A DNA stretch of 64,000 bases. Origin: a virus. Its lineage: Duplodnaviria; Caudoviricetes. The first letter of the stretch is position 1. Each line of letters begins with the position of its first letter. A model generated the notes under the pieces. The model was given only the letters and a program-made list of their open reading frames with translations, ran no database searches and was not told the DNA's origin. The translations under genes were made by a program, and so were the position numbers. Location: positions 12,594-76,593 of the IMG/VR virus record IMGVR_UViG_3300049144_000052, one strand, 5' to 3'. Shown here piece after piece: positions 44,462 to 54,118 of this stretch.

Positions 44462-44911
44462 TCAGGCCGCGGACGCCTCGGGCGGATCCATCGTGACGAT
44501 CTCACCCTGCCACAGCTGGAACCACTGGCCTCCCGCCAGGAAGCGCTCAGTTGCGGGGTTCATGGCCCGGACGAAATCGTCCGCTGTTGCAGCGCTGGCG
44601 ACGTGGACGGCGACAAGGCCACGACGTTCTCGGACCTCAACGCATTTGCGGAGGTCGATCTGGTCGTCCACCTGGTATGTGACGGTGAGCGGGCTGTCGG
44701 GGGAGTTGGCGCTGATGATCTGGCCGCGCCAGATCTGGAACCAGCAGCAGTTGGCGAGGAACCGTTTCAGCTCGGCGTTGAGGGCTGCGGTGTAGGCAGC
44801 GGCGTCGGCGCTTTCGTGGATGCTGACGTCTATGTGGCCCCGCGATTCCTGCAGGTCGACGAGGCATCCGGGGTTGAGGTCCGGCGTGGTTCTGTACACA
44901 ACGCGCAGCAT
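44462..44911 (-). CDS. hypothetical protein with an internal duplication
   Basis: RFLANCCWFQIWRGQII and RFLAGGQWFQLWQGEIV. Confidence 0.7.
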   Translation of the reverse strand: MLRVVYRTTPDLNPGCLVDLQESRGHIDVSIHESADAAAYTAALNAELKRFLANCCWFQIWRGQIISANSPDSPLTVTYQVDDQIDLRKCVEVRERRGLVAVHVASAATADDFVRAMNPATERFLAGGQWFQLWQGEIVTMDPPEASAA

Positions 44912-45069
44912 GCGACGCCCTCCCGTTGGTGCGGTGCGCTAGGGCTTCGTGTGCCGGAAGCGCACGGTTGTGGAAGGGTACGCCGCGTGAACGAGTGGCG
45001 ACAATCCGTTCACGCAATTGTCTACATGGGGACTTTTCCGGTCGATTACCTCGACCGGGTGGGGTTCTT

Positions 45070-45504
45070 CTAGTCGCTCTCGCGGCGTGCACGCTCGTCG
45101 GCTTCGATCATCGCCCGCCAGCGCCGCAGCTCCGCCTCAGGCATGCCCGCCAAGTGGCCCACGATGATGCGAACTTCGTCGTTGTAGCCGGCCAGCTCGG
45201 TGGCTTCGTACTCGAGCCATTGAGCGGCTGCTGCGGCCTTGAGGCGGCGTTCGCTGACATTCAGCGCAGCAGCGAGGGCCTTGATCTGCTTCGGGCTGGG
45301 CGCGTTGGCCGGCGGGTTGGTAACGAGGCGCTGAAGGTAGGGCTTGGACAGTCTGGTGCCCGACTCGCGGTCAACCGCTCGCTCGGACATCTTGGCGTAG
45401 GAGAGGCCGCGATCGTTGGCGTCCTGGATGAGCCTAGAGAGGGCGCCTACAGGGGGGGTGGGCTGGGCCGCGCCTTGGTCAGGGGCGGTGGCCGCTGCCG
45501 TCAT
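45070..45504 (-). CDS. immunity repressor (XRE-like)
   Basis: RGLSYAKMSE..LSKPYLQRL..IKALAAAL; divergent from the cro-like gene. Confidence 0.8.
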   Translation of the reverse strand: MTAAATAPDQGAAQPTPPVGALSRLIQDANDRGLSYAKMSERAVDRESGTRLSKPYLQRLVTNPPANAPSPKQIKALAAALNVSERRLKAAAAAQWLEYEATELAGYNDEVRIIVGHLAGMPEAELRRWRAMIEADERARRESD

Positions 45505-45747
45505 GTCCTCTTCCTCTCGGGTCACTGCAGATACCGACTGTCTCTATAGGGGGCGTTGGGCGTCGAGAAAATACCAGCTCAGTCCGTACAACCATCCAGG
45601 ATCCGAGACACTTCGTCTACAGATGCATGGTAACGAGCCGGGACTTTTGCCGATAGTCGACTCCGAGTCGTCTCGGATCCGTAGACGATTCGGCTCGACT
45701 GTGGTTACCTATGTCAGGCAAACAGTTCCGCACCACTCGGGGGAATC

Positions 45748-46038
45748 GTGAGTCGACGCTGGGCCCTGCGCAGCATCCCGTTCTTCAGGCACTGCATGCT
45801 CAACCCCGGCCGATGCGAGTCCTTCTCGGTTCGCTCCCTGGCTGAGGCCTCAGGCGTCAGTGCGGGAGTGATTGACAAGCTCCTGACGGGAAGGCAGCGC
45901 ACCGCCGACGTCGATGACGCCATAGCCCTCGCGGAGGCCCTCGGGGTCGCCATAAACCCTCTTTTCGCGCCCCCATCGTCTCCGGAATCGAACCGAACGT
46001 CTCGAACTAACACCCCGAACACTGAGAGCGAGGAATAG
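45748..46038 (+). CDS. Cro-like HTH protein
   Basis: SVRSLAEASGVSAGVIDKLLTG..ALAEALGV. Confidence 0.75.
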   Translation: MSRRWALRSIPFFRHCMLNPGRCESFSVRSLAEASGVSAGVIDKLLTGRQRTADVDDAIALAEALGVAINPLFAPPSSPESNRTSRTNTPNTESEE

Positions 46039-46042
46039 ACCA

Positions 46043-46267
46043 ATGCCCAACAAGCCCAAGACCCCACCCAAGGGCTGGCTCTGGAGTGAAGACGCCGCTG
46101 ACTACCTGGGCGTCAGCGTCACGACGCTCTACCGCTGGCGACGCGACGGCGTAGGCCCGGCCGGCACGCGCCACGGACTCCGCCCCTACCGCTACAAGAT
46201 CGCCGACCTCGACGCCTGGCTCGAAGGCGACCACGCCGACACCAAGCCGACCCGCGTCGCCGCCTAG
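46043..46267 (+). CDS. excisionase-like HTH protein
   Basis: EDAADYLGVSVTTLYRWR..GP..YKIADLDAWL. Confidence 0.8.
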   Translation: MPNKPKTPPKGWLWSEDAADYLGVSVTTLYRWRRDGVGPAGTRHGLRPYRYKIADLDAWLEGDHADTKPTRVAA

Positions 46268-46372
46268 CACCAAACAGCCCCCACCGCCGGGCTTCCACAC
46301 ACCGGCAGCAGGGGCGTCGCGGCCAAAGCCGCGCGATCCACCCGAAACCATCCGTGAACAGAAGGGCGAACC

Positions 46373-46561
46373 GTGCCTGACATTGTCTCATCCGCCCCGG
46401 TAGACGACCGCTGCCCCAAGGCCCCGAGTGGCTCACACTCCTGGCGGCCTCCGACGTTCCCCGGGTTCCCGCACCGCTGCGACCACTGCGCCGAGCGCCG
46501 CGAGATCACCGTCATCGACCTCCGCGAAGCCCTCCGCATCCTCACCGGCGGTGCGTCGTGA
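46373..46561 (+). CDS. small hypothetical protein
   Basis: Cys/His motifs; coupled to the next gene. Confidence 0.45.
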   Translation: MPDIVSSAPVDDRCPKAPSGSHSWRPPTFPGFPHRCDHCAERREITVIDLREALRILTGGAS

Positions 46562-47298
46562 CCGAGTACGCCGAGATTGCTGCCCACGTCGCCCGCGATG
46601 TGAAGGACGGCAAGCTGACCGAGCTCCGCGAGGACGGCCTGTACAGGCACGTCGAGTTCACGGCCCTGAAGGGCTGGTCCCGGATCATCCTGGTGACCTG
46701 GCCGTACAACCTGCTGGTGGCAGGCTCCCACGGCTCGTACCACTTCGAGCGCTTCGGCCCGGACACCGAGGACATGTTCGACTGGCTGCGCGGCATCCGG
46801 GTCGAGCCGGACCGGTGGGCTTCGAAGCTGATCAACGGGGCCGACAGTGTCCGCGAGTACGACCAGGAGCGGCTGAAGAACCAGGTCAAGGCCGAGGTAG
46901 CCGAGGCCGTCAAGGACGGCGCCCCGCGGGGGCTGCGGGCTGCGGTCCGTGAGCAGATCCTGGAGAGCGACCGGCTGCACTCGCGGGACTGGGCCATGCA
47001 GATGGTCTACGACTTCGAGCACGGCGTCACCTACCGCGCCGAGTGCTCGTGCGGCGCCTCCGAGGACCACGACAATCAAAGCGACGCCTATCGCTGGGAG
47101 TTCGGCAAGCATCCCATCCGCCGCTTGGAAGGTGAACACGAGGTCAAGGTCCGCGAGATCGGCGGCTTCGCCTTCTCCGACGTCGGCGACTGGAACCTCG
47201 ACAAGCTGAACTACCACTTCGTCTACCAGTGCCACGCCGCATCGTGGGCGATCGGCCAGTACGACGCCACCCGGAAGCAGGTGGCCGCCAATGCCTGA
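46558..47298 (+). CDS. hypothetical phage protein
   Basis: Long ORF, strong GC3 bias, GTGA overlap. Confidence 0.75.
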   Translation: MTEYAEIAAHVARDVKDGKLTELREDGLYRHVEFTALKGWSRIILVTWPYNLLVAGSHGSYHFERFGPDTEDMFDWLRGIRVEPDRWASKLINGADSVREYDQERLKNQVKAEVAEAVKDGAPRGLRAAVREQILESDRLHSRDWAMQMVYDFEHGVTYRAECSCGASEDHDNQSDAYRWEFGKHPIRRLEGEHEVKVREIGGFAFSDVGDWNLDKLNYHFVYQCHAASWAIGQYDATRKQVAANA

Positions 47299-47905
47299 GA
47301 TCGCCCCCGATCTCGCGGACGAGAGTCGCTGCGTCTCCGTGCACTGGAACTTGCCTGTGCAGTGTGTCTTGCCGCGCGGCCACCGGGAGAACTGGCACGA
47401 AGCCTGGCACCCCCAAACCGGTAACCGACTCCGCTACCAGCGCTCCATGGGCGGCTACGTCACCGAGGAGTTGCACCACGGCAAGTGGCACGACTTGGAG
47501 ATTCCTCCGCCGGGCGGCTTCTGCGGCGACCAGTTCGTCAGCACCTTCAACGGCGCTCCGAATGTCCGCTGCACGGGGCAGTACGGCCACGGCTGGAACC
47601 ACCGCGCCATCGTCGACGGCTGCACCTACTCGTGGAACACGCCCATCCCGAAGGGCCTGACCGTCGACCAGCTGACCCGCGACGTGAAGCAGCTGCGCGG
47701 CATGCTCGTCGCCGCCCACTCGCGGCTCGCCGAGCTCGAGCGTCCGGCCGTCGAGGCGAACCGCAACGAGATCCGCCAGTCGTTCGCCGATCTCGTCGCC
47801 GCAGCCGAGGAGGCCAAGGACTACGAAGGCGCCTTCGACGTTCAGTGCCGACTCCGCGAGCGAGAGGAGCAGTGGAAGCGCGAAGACGAGGAGGCCACGT
47901 CATGA
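47291..47905 (+). CDS. hypothetical phage protein
   Basis: Overlapping start, operon context. Confidence 0.7.
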   Translation: MPEIAPDLADESRCVSVHWNLPVQCVLPRGHRENWHEAWHPQTGNRLRYQRSMGGYVTEELHHGKWHDLEIPPPGGFCGDQFVSTFNGAPNVRCTGQYGHGWNHRAIVDGCTYSWNTPIPKGLTVDQLTRDVKQLRGMLVAAHSRLAELERPAVEANRNEIRQSFADLVAAAEEAKDYEGAFDVQCRLREREEQWKREDEEATS

Positions 47906-48123
47906 CCCGCCCGATGCGTGACGTCGACGTCCCGCTGCCGGTGTTGACGCTGCAGGTGGCTGCCGCTCACACCGCGTCCCCGTCGGACCGTCTCGCCTAC
48001 GCCCTCGACGAGTGGCTGCTCGGCCACCCCGAGGCACCCGTCGCCACCGACGCCGACTACCCCGCATGGGCCGCCCAGCTGGCCACCCAACCCACCTACT
48101 TCCGCGCCAAGGAGATGTCGTGA
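47902..48123 (+). CDS. hypothetical protein
   Basis: GAGGAGG RBS, ATGA overlap. Confidence 0.55.
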   Translation: MTRPMRDVDVPLPVLTLQVAAAHTASPSDRLAYALDEWLLGHPEAPVATDADYPAWAAQLATQPTYFRAKEMS

Positions 48124-48437
48124 CGACGTTCGCTGACCTGTCTCGCCCGATGGCCCTCATGCGTCTCCTCGCCGCCGACCATCCGCACCTGCCCGCCCCG
48201 CACGTTGGGGTGTCGCCGCACTACCCGTACCGGCTGGAACTGTCCGTGCACGGCGACCTCGGCGCATTCGAGGCGTGGCGTGAGGCCCTCGGTGTCGACC
48301 CGGAAGCGGTCCGCCGCAACACGCAGTCCGGCGGCATGACGCTCGTCCTCACCGCCGCCACGACCATCGCGGACGCCCACGTCGAGCTCGTCGGCTACAG
48401 CCCCAACCTGGCCCTCGTCGCAGAGGCGGTGGCGTGA
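48120..48437 (+). CDS. hypothetical protein
   Basis: AGGAG RBS, GTGA overlap. Confidence 0.6.
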   Translation: MTTFADLSRPMALMRLLAADHPHLPAPHVGVSPHYPYRLELSVHGDLGAFEAWREALGVDPEAVRRNTQSGGMTLVLTAATTIADAHVELVGYSPNLALVAEAVA

Positions 48438-48637
48438 TGACGACCGCGACGGAACCCCGCAGGCTGGAGGACTTGGAGCAGGACGCGATCGCCCGCGTGG
48501 ATGCCGAGTTCCAGCGCCGCGCCCTCGGCGTCAAGCCGTGGACGTTCGCCGAGTACATCGAGCGTTGCTGCCGCGTCCACGCCCGCTACGAGGCGTTCCG
48601 CCAGTGGCAGCGCCTCCACCCGCAGGCGGTGGCCTGA
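48434..48637 (+). CDS. hypothetical protein
   Basis: Coupled ORF. Confidence 0.55.
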   Translation: MMTTATEPRRLEDLEQDAIARVDAEFQRRALGVKPWTFAEYIERCCRVHARYEAFRQWQRLHPQAVA

Positions 48638-48819
48638 TGACCATCCTCGACCTGCCCCCGATGCCCGCCGACGCCAACCCGGTCATCCTGCCCGGCCTGC
48701 TGTCCGGCCTTGGTATCACGCCCCGCACCCCGGACCCCGACTTCAAGGCCAGCGTCGACGGCGGATTCACCGAATCGTTCGAGGACTACTGCCAGCGCAT
48801 CAGCCAGCTGGACGCCTGA
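48637..48819 (+). CDS. hypothetical protein
   Basis: TGATG coupling. Confidence 0.5.
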   Translation: MTILDLPPMPADANPVILPGLLSGLGITPRTPDPDFKASVDGGFTESFEDYCQRISQLDA

Positions 48820-49070
48820 TGAGCGGCGGGGAGATAGACACGCTTGGCGTCGGCCCGGTCACCAGCCTGCCGCCGACCCTGCAGCGGGCCGCCGCGATCC
48901 GCATCGCCGACCAGGTCGCCGCGGAGAACCCGAATCCGCTCGACGACACCATGCCGAAGCTCGCCGGCCGCCTCCTCGCCAAAGACCCGGTGGTCGCCGC
49001 CGGACTGCGGGAACTCCTCGACGCCGTCTTCGGTACCCGACTCAACCGCGAACCCCAGGAGGGGCCGTGA
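48819..49070 (+). CDS. hypothetical protein
   Basis: TGATG coupling. Confidence 0.55.
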   Translation: MSGGEIDTLGVGPVTSLPPTLQRAAAIRIADQVAAENPNPLDDTMPKLAGRLLAKDPVVAAGLRELLDAVFGTRLNREPQEGP

Positions 49071-49504
49071 GCCTGCACCTCCCCAAGCTGAAGGGCCACG
49101 GCCGACGCCGCGCCGTCGACAAGGTCGCGGAGCTCCGCGACGAGAACCGACGGCTGCTCACGATCACGCACCGCGCCGGGGACGACATCGCCCTCCTGCA
49201 GGAGAACCTCGCCGAGGCCCACGCCAAGCAGGCCGATGCGGAGCTGATCGTCGTGCAGCAGCAGGCCGATATCGACGAGCTCACCGCCGAGCGTGACCTG
49301 CTCCGGGATGAAGTCCTCAAGTTCCGGGCCCGCTTTGGCCCGCAGCTCGCCGCCGAAGCCAACGCCAACCGCATCACCGTGCCGCCGATGCAGCGCATCG
49401 GCGCCGATCAGGACACCGGCACGTTCGACGTCACCACGCTCTGGGATGCGGCCGATGCCGGACTCCTCGGACCCGTCACCGACCCCGGCCGCGTGCACGG
49501 CTAG
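49067..49504 (+). CDS. coiled-coil hypothetical protein
   Basis: GGAGG RBS, GTGA overlap. Confidence 0.6.
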   Translation: MSLHLPKLKGHGRRRAVDKVAELRDENRRLLTITHRAGDDIALLQENLAEAHAKQADAELIVVQQQADIDELTAERDLLRDEVLKFRARFGPQLAAEANANRITVPPMQRIGADQDTGTFDVTTLWDAADAGLLGPVTDPGRVHG

Positions 49505-49516
49505 GGGGTGGCGTAG

Positions 49517-49792
49517 ATGGCAGTCAAGCCGGCAGTGCACTACATCGCCGCCTGCAACATCTGCGGCGCCGAGTACGACGACGGCGAAGTCGGCGGCTGG
49601 TCCGACACACCCGCCGACGCAATCGACTGGGTCAACCGCGACGAAGAGTGGACCGCCTACCAGGACGACTGGGTGATCTGCCCCATCGCCGACCCGGCCC
49701 ACAACCACGCCCGCGGCCACGAACCCGACACCAGCGTCCACGTCGGACCGGACCAGATGGCCATCCGCTTCCCCGCCGAACCCGCCGCCTGA
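49517..49792 (+). CDS. hypothetical zinc-ribbon-like protein
   Basis: CNICG..ICP..H. Confidence 0.55.
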   Translation: MAVKPAVHYIAACNICGAEYDDGEVGGWSDTPADAIDWVNRDEEWTAYQDDWVICPIADPAHNHARGHEPDTSVHVGPDQMAIRFPAEPAA

Positions 49793-49904
49793 TCTCGCCG
49801 CCGCGCCGGATGCCACCGGCCGGCGCAGCGGCGGCCAACGCACGAACCCCCGAGCGCTAGAGACGCCCGGGGATCCGACACCAGCATCCCACGGAGGGAT
49901 TCCC

Positions 49905-50447
49905 GTGATCAACGAGACCACCGAGTACCGAATGGTCGTCCACGGCGAGCAGAAGTACACCGTCCGCAACGCCATCCAGGCGGCGCCCGGACTGGTCGTC
50001 TTCCGGATGCCCGCCGACCAGTCCCTGAACAACCCGGCTCGCTGGCGGATCGGCCACCACGAGGGCCTCGCTATCGCCGAAGCAATGACCCGCGAGAACG
50101 CGTTCAAGGGCGTCGAGATCCTCGTCCAGTCCGGCATCGACTGGACGCAGGGCACCGAAACCATCCAGGCCGCGGTCAGCGGCGACACCGTCCACGACTT
50201 GACCACCAAGCTCAGCTGGGCCTGGTGCGAGCGGCCCGGCAGCAACTACCTGCCCGGCGACGTCAGCAACAACGGCACCTACACCGATGCCGGCATCGAG
50301 GAAGCAGCGGCTGCGGCGAAGGCGGACGGGTTCAACGCCGCGGACATCCTCGTCGCAATGACCCACACCGTGCCGTGGATGGGCCTCGACACCGAGGACT
50401 TCAACGAGGCCCACAACCGCATCACGGAACTCGCCGACGGCGACTAG
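49905..50447 (+). CDS. hypothetical protein
   Basis: GGAGGG RBS. Confidence 0.65.
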   Translation: MINETTEYRMVVHGEQKYTVRNAIQAAPGLVVFRMPADQSLNNPARWRIGHHEGLAIAEAMTRENAFKGVEILVQSGIDWTQGTETIQAAVSGDTVHDLTTKLSWAWCERPGSNYLPGDVSNNGTYTDAGIEEAAAAAKADGFNAADILVAMTHTVPWMGLDTEDFNEAHNRITELADGD

Positions 50448-50507
50448 CCGGCCCGCCTCCCACAGCCCGCCGTCTGGCGCCTTCCCCCTCGCGCCGCGGC
50501 TTCCGAA

Positions 50508-50551
50508 GGGTCCCGCTCCCCGACCCTCCCCCTCGTCGAGGAGCGGGACCC
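50508..50551 (+). terminator. intergenic hairpin
   Basis: GGGTCCCGCTCC..GGAGCGGGACCC. Confidence 0.5.
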
Positions 50552-50581
50552 ACCACCCAGCACACCCATTTGGAGCCTCAC

Positions 50582-50836
50582 ATGAGCACCAGCAGCCCCA
50601 CCATCCCGGCGGACGTCGCCGCGCACGTCCTGTTCCACTACGGCCGCGAAGGCGGCTACCAGGCCGGCGGATTCACCGAACTCATCATCAGCGCCATCGA
50701 CCGCGCCGACCCCGCCAACAAGGCGAAGCTGGAACTCGGCTTCCCCGACTACGTCGCCGCCGTCAACGTCATCCAGTACTCCGGCACCGGCGTGGAGTAC
50801 CTGCAGACCATCGTCCGCGGCGGGGCCGCCGCATGA
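50582..50836 (+). CDS. hypothetical protein
   Basis: GGAG RBS; G.F..LISAI..AD..N..KL..GFP.YV. Confidence 0.6.
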   Translation: MSTSSPTIPADVAAHVLFHYGREGGYQAGGFTELIISAIDRADPANKAKLELGFPDYVAAVNVIQYSGTGVEYLQTIVRGGAAA

Positions 50837-51726
50837 CCACCGTGATCGCGCCGACCGGCGTCCTCCTCGGCTCCTTCAAGCCGGGTACGCCCGAGTGGAA
50901 CGAAGCCCGCAAGGGCCTGTGCATCACCGCCACCGAGATCGCCGCCGTCGTCGGCCTGTCGCCCTGGACGTCGAAGTTCACGCTGTGGCACAAGAAGGCC
51001 GGCCTGCCGTCCGCGCCGTTCGAGCCGTCGCCGGAGATGAAGTGGGGCGTCCGCTTCGAGGACGACGTGGCCGAGGAGTTCGCCGAGCGCCACCCCGAGC
51101 ACCCGCTGCTGCACACCGGCACCTGGAAGCACCGGGAGCGGGAGTGGCAGCGCGCCACCCCAGACCGGCTGCACGGCGGCAGCATCGTCGAGATCAAGAC
51201 TGCAGCCTCCCCTGACGGCTGGGGGCCGGACGGTAGCGATGAGTTCCCGGTGCACTACCGCTGTCAGGTGCTCTGGCAGCAGGACACGCTGGGACTTCGC
51301 CAGCCAGCTCGACTCGCCGTCCTGATCCTGCCCTACGACTACCGCGAGTACGTCGTCGAGTACGACGACGCCGAAGCGAAGATTCTGCGCGACGCCGCCG
51401 AACGCTTCCTCGACGACGTCCGTGCAGGCAACCGGCCGCCGATCGACGGGGCGACCGACACGTACCGCACGATCCGCGTCCAGCCGGACGGGCTCGAGGA
51501 CCGCGACGTCGAGATCCCCACCGAGCTTGTCGACCGCTGGGACGCCGCATACGCCGTAGCCGCCAGTAGCAGCGCCGAACTCACCCAAGTCCGCGGCGAA
51601 GTCCTCGACCTCATCGGCAACGGCAAGCGCGCGGTCTGCGGAGACCGTCGCATCGCCTACCGCACCGTCCGCGACGGTCACACCCACAGCCTCCACCCCT
51701 ACACCAGCAGCAAGGACGCAGCATGA
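50833..51726 (+). CDS. YqaJ/RecE-like recombination exonuclease
   Basis: W..ARKG..ITATEIAAVVGLSPW.S..W..K, ATPD..VEIKT, Y..QV.WQ. Confidence 0.9.
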   Translation: MTTVIAPTGVLLGSFKPGTPEWNEARKGLCITATEIAAVVGLSPWTSKFTLWHKKAGLPSAPFEPSPEMKWGVRFEDDVAEEFAERHPEHPLLHTGTWKHREREWQRATPDRLHGGSIVEIKTAASPDGWGPDGSDEFPVHYRCQVLWQQDTLGLRQPARLAVLILPYDYREYVVEYDDAEAKILRDAAERFLDDVRAGNRPPIDGATDTYRTIRVQPDGLEDRDVEIPTELVDRWDAAYAVAASSSAELTQVRGEVLDLIGNGKRAVCGDRRIAYRTVRDGHTHSLHPYTSSKDAA

Positions 51727-52556
51727 GCAGCCAGATCGGCAACGCCATCGAGAAGCGCGACCAGGGCCCGGCCGCCCAGATCGAGCAGTACCGCGACGAA
51801 TACGCCGCCCTCGTCCCCTCCCACGTCAACGCCGACCAGTGGATCCGCCTCGCCGTCGGCGCCATCCGCGGCAACAAGGACCTCGAGCAGGCCGCCCGCA
51901 CCGACGTCGGTGTCTTCCTGCGGGAACTGAAGACCGCGGCCCGTCTCGGTCTGGAGCCCGGCACCGAGCAGTTCTATCTGACCCCACGGAAGTCCAAGGC
52001 CCACGGCTACAAGCTGATCATCAAGGGGATCGTCGGCTACCAGGGCATCGTCGAACTCATCTACCGGGCCGGCGCCGTCTCCACCGTCATCGTCGAAGCC
52101 GTCCGCGAACGCGACACCTTCCGATACGTGCCCGGCCGCGACGACAGGCCCGTCCACGAGATCGACTGGTTCGGCGCCGACCGCGGCCCCCTCGTCGGCG
52201 TGTACGCCTACGCCGTCATGAAGGACGGGGCCGTCTCCAAGGTCGTCGTCCTCAACCGCAAGCGCGTCATGGAGATCCGCGCCAAGTCCGACGGCAAGGA
52301 CTCCGAGTACAGCCCGTGGAACACCAACGAGGAATCCATGTGGCTCAAGTCGGCGGTCCGGCAGCTGGCCAAGTGGGTGCCGACTTCCGCCGAGTACATG
52401 CGGGAGCAGCTCCGCGCCCAGGCCGAAGTCGCTGGCGAGTTGGCCGCCGCCCCGTCCACGGCGGGAGGGCCGGCCGTGCCGCAGCCGACCGTCCTCGACG
52501 ACACCGACCCCGACTACGACGAGGGCCCCATCGAGGCCGAGCTCGTCGACGACTGA
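51723..52556 (+). CDS. recT: RecT single-strand annealing protein
   Basis: AARLGLEPG..YL.P, IVGYQGIVELIYRAG, PWNTNEESMWLKS.VRQL.KW.P.S. Confidence 0.92.
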   Translation: MSSQIGNAIEKRDQGPAAQIEQYRDEYAALVPSHVNADQWIRLAVGAIRGNKDLEQAARTDVGVFLRELKTAARLGLEPGTEQFYLTPRKSKAHGYKLIIKGIVGYQGIVELIYRAGAVSTVIVEAVRERDTFRYVPGRDDRPVHEIDWFGADRGPLVGVYAYAVMKDGAVSKVVVLNRKRVMEIRAKSDGKDSEYSPWNTNEESMWLKSAVRQLAKWVPTSAEYMREQLRAQAEVAGELAAAPSTAGGPAVPQPTVLDDTDPDYDEGPIEAELVDD

Positions 52557-52603
52557 AGTCGCACCAAACATCCGGTCGCCCGCGCCCCATAACCCCTGTG
52601 TAC

Positions 52604-52632
52604 GGCCGCCCGCACCCGTAATGCGGGCGGCC
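52604..52632 (+). terminator. intergenic hairpin
   Basis: GGCCGCCCGCA-CCCGTAA-TGCGGGCGGCC. Confidence 0.55.
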
Positions 52633-52669
52633 CCTCCACCAAGGACATCACAGCCTCGAGGAGCCCGCC

Positions 52670-53044
52670 ATGGCCCGCAAGCTCACACCCGCCGAACGCC
52701 TCGCCTCCGCCGAAAAGGATCTCCTGCTGGAGGAGATCGCCGACCAGTCCTCGTGGGACCAGTTCCTCGTCGAGCAGGCCGTCTTCCACTTCGGCCAGCG
52801 CCACGACGAATGGTCCTGCAACGACCTCCGCGACGTGCTGCCCGAGCTGGGCCACGGCTTCCTCGGCGCCGCCATCAACAGCCTCCGCGGCGGCGGGATC
52901 ATCGCCCACACCGGCCGCATGGTGCCGTCCACCCAGGCCAACACCCACGCCCACCGCATCGCCGTCTGGACCCTCACCGACAAGGGCCGGGCGATAGCCG
53001 CCAAGCGCCAGGCCGTCCGCGCCGACCAGCGGAGGGCCGCCTGA
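52670..53044 (+). CDS. hypothetical winged-helix-like protein
   Basis: GAGGAG RBS. Confidence 0.65.
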   Translation: MARKLTPAERLASAEKDLLLEEIADQSSWDQFLVEQAVFHFGQRHDEWSCNDLRDVLPELGHGFLGAAINSLRGGGIIAHTGRMVPSTQANTHAHRIAVWTLTDKGRAIAAKRQAVRADQRRAA

Positions 53045-53148
53045 TGGACCACCCCGCCGCCCTGTTCCTCGCCTGCGTCGCCCTCATGGCCGGTGTCGCT
53101 GCGGTCGTGTTCGCCCTCATCGTCCGGCCCGCGAGGAGGCGGACGTGA
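53044..53148 (+). CDS. small membrane peptide
   Basis: TGATG coupling; one TM segment. Confidence 0.45.
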   Translation: MDHPAALFLACVALMAGVAAVVFALIVRPARRRT

Positions 53149-53303
53149 GCCCCGACGCCATCTTCTGGGCCGCCGCCGTCGCCTTCGTGATCCTCGCCGG
53201 ATTCGCCGCCTACCTCACCGCCGCAATCGGCTACTGGACCGCCGTCCTCGCCGTCTGGACCAGCCGCACCATCGCCCACCGCACCCGGAAGGAGAAGCCG
53301 TGA
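53145..53303 (+). CDS. small membrane protein
   Basis: GGAGG RBS; hydrophobic. Confidence 0.45.
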   Translation: MSPDAIFWAAAVAFVILAGFAAYLTAAIGYWTAVLAVWTSRTIAHRTRKEKP

Positions 53304-54118
53304 CCACCGCCAGCGCCCCCCACCACGACAACACCACCTGCGCACAGTGGTACAGCTGCCGCCTCCCAGCATGCCGGGATCAACGCAACGCCCGCCGCCG
53401 CGGCATCAAAGCCGGCACCATCCAGCCCGCCCGCACCCTCATCGACGCCGCACCCATCCGCCAACACATCCTCGACCTGCAAGCCGCAGGCCTCACCCCA
53501 ACCCGCATTGCCCGCCTGGCCGGCATGTCCCACACCAACATCACCGACTTCCTGCACGCCAGCCCCAGCCAAGGGCGAGGACGCAAACGGCACACCACCC
53601 CCGAAGTCGCAGAAAAGATCCTCGCCGTACAGCCACTCACCACCGTGGGCACCTTCCGCCGCATCCAAGCCCTCGTCGCGATCGGCTGGCCCATCCGGCA
53701 GATCGCCGCACGCGCCGACGTGTCCGCCCGATGGATCGTCAGCCTCCGCCCCGAAACCGTCGTCAACCTCGTCACCGCCAAAAAGATCGCTGCCGCCTAC
53801 AACGAACTCCGCGACCTCAACCCGGAGAAGAACGGCGTCTGGCCCGGACACGCCAGCAGGTCGAGGCAGCGCGCCAAAGCCAACCGCTGGCCGCCGCCCA
53901 AGTACTGGGCCGACCGCATGGACGACATCGACGACCCCCACTTCCAGCCGATGTACGGCGTCACGCGCGGTGAACTCCTCGCCCACGACGCCCGCGAACT
54001 CATGCGCGTCTCCGGCCTCACCTGCGAACAAGCCGCCGAACGCCTCGGCGTCACCAAGGCCCACCTCTACCAAGAACTCACCCGCCACCCCCAGCCCGAA
54101 CAGGAGCTCGCCGCATGA
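53300..54118 (+). CDS. multi-HTH DNA-binding protein
   Basis: CRLPACR zinc motif; HTHs TRIARLAGMS, RQIAARADVS, EQAAERLGVT. Confidence 0.75.
   Translation: MTTASAPHHDNTTCAQWYSCRLPACRDQRNARRRGIKAGTIQPARTLIDAAPIRQHILDLQAAGLTPTRIARLAGMSHTNITDFLHASPSQGRGRKRHTTPEVAEKILAVQPLTTVGTFRRIQALVAIGWPIRQIAARADVSARWIVSLRPETVVNLVTAKKIAAAYNELRDLNPEKNGVWPGHASRSRQRAKANRWPPPKYWADRMDDIDDPHFQPMYGVTRGELLAHDARELMRVSGLTCEQAAERLGVTKAHLYQELTRHPQPEQELAA

Noticed and set aside
48800-50245. Long minus-strand ORFs (e.g. 48800-50245, 54067-55947, 8437-9861)
   Set aside because: Antisense shadows of well-supported plus-strand genes in high-GC DNA; no motifs or RBS
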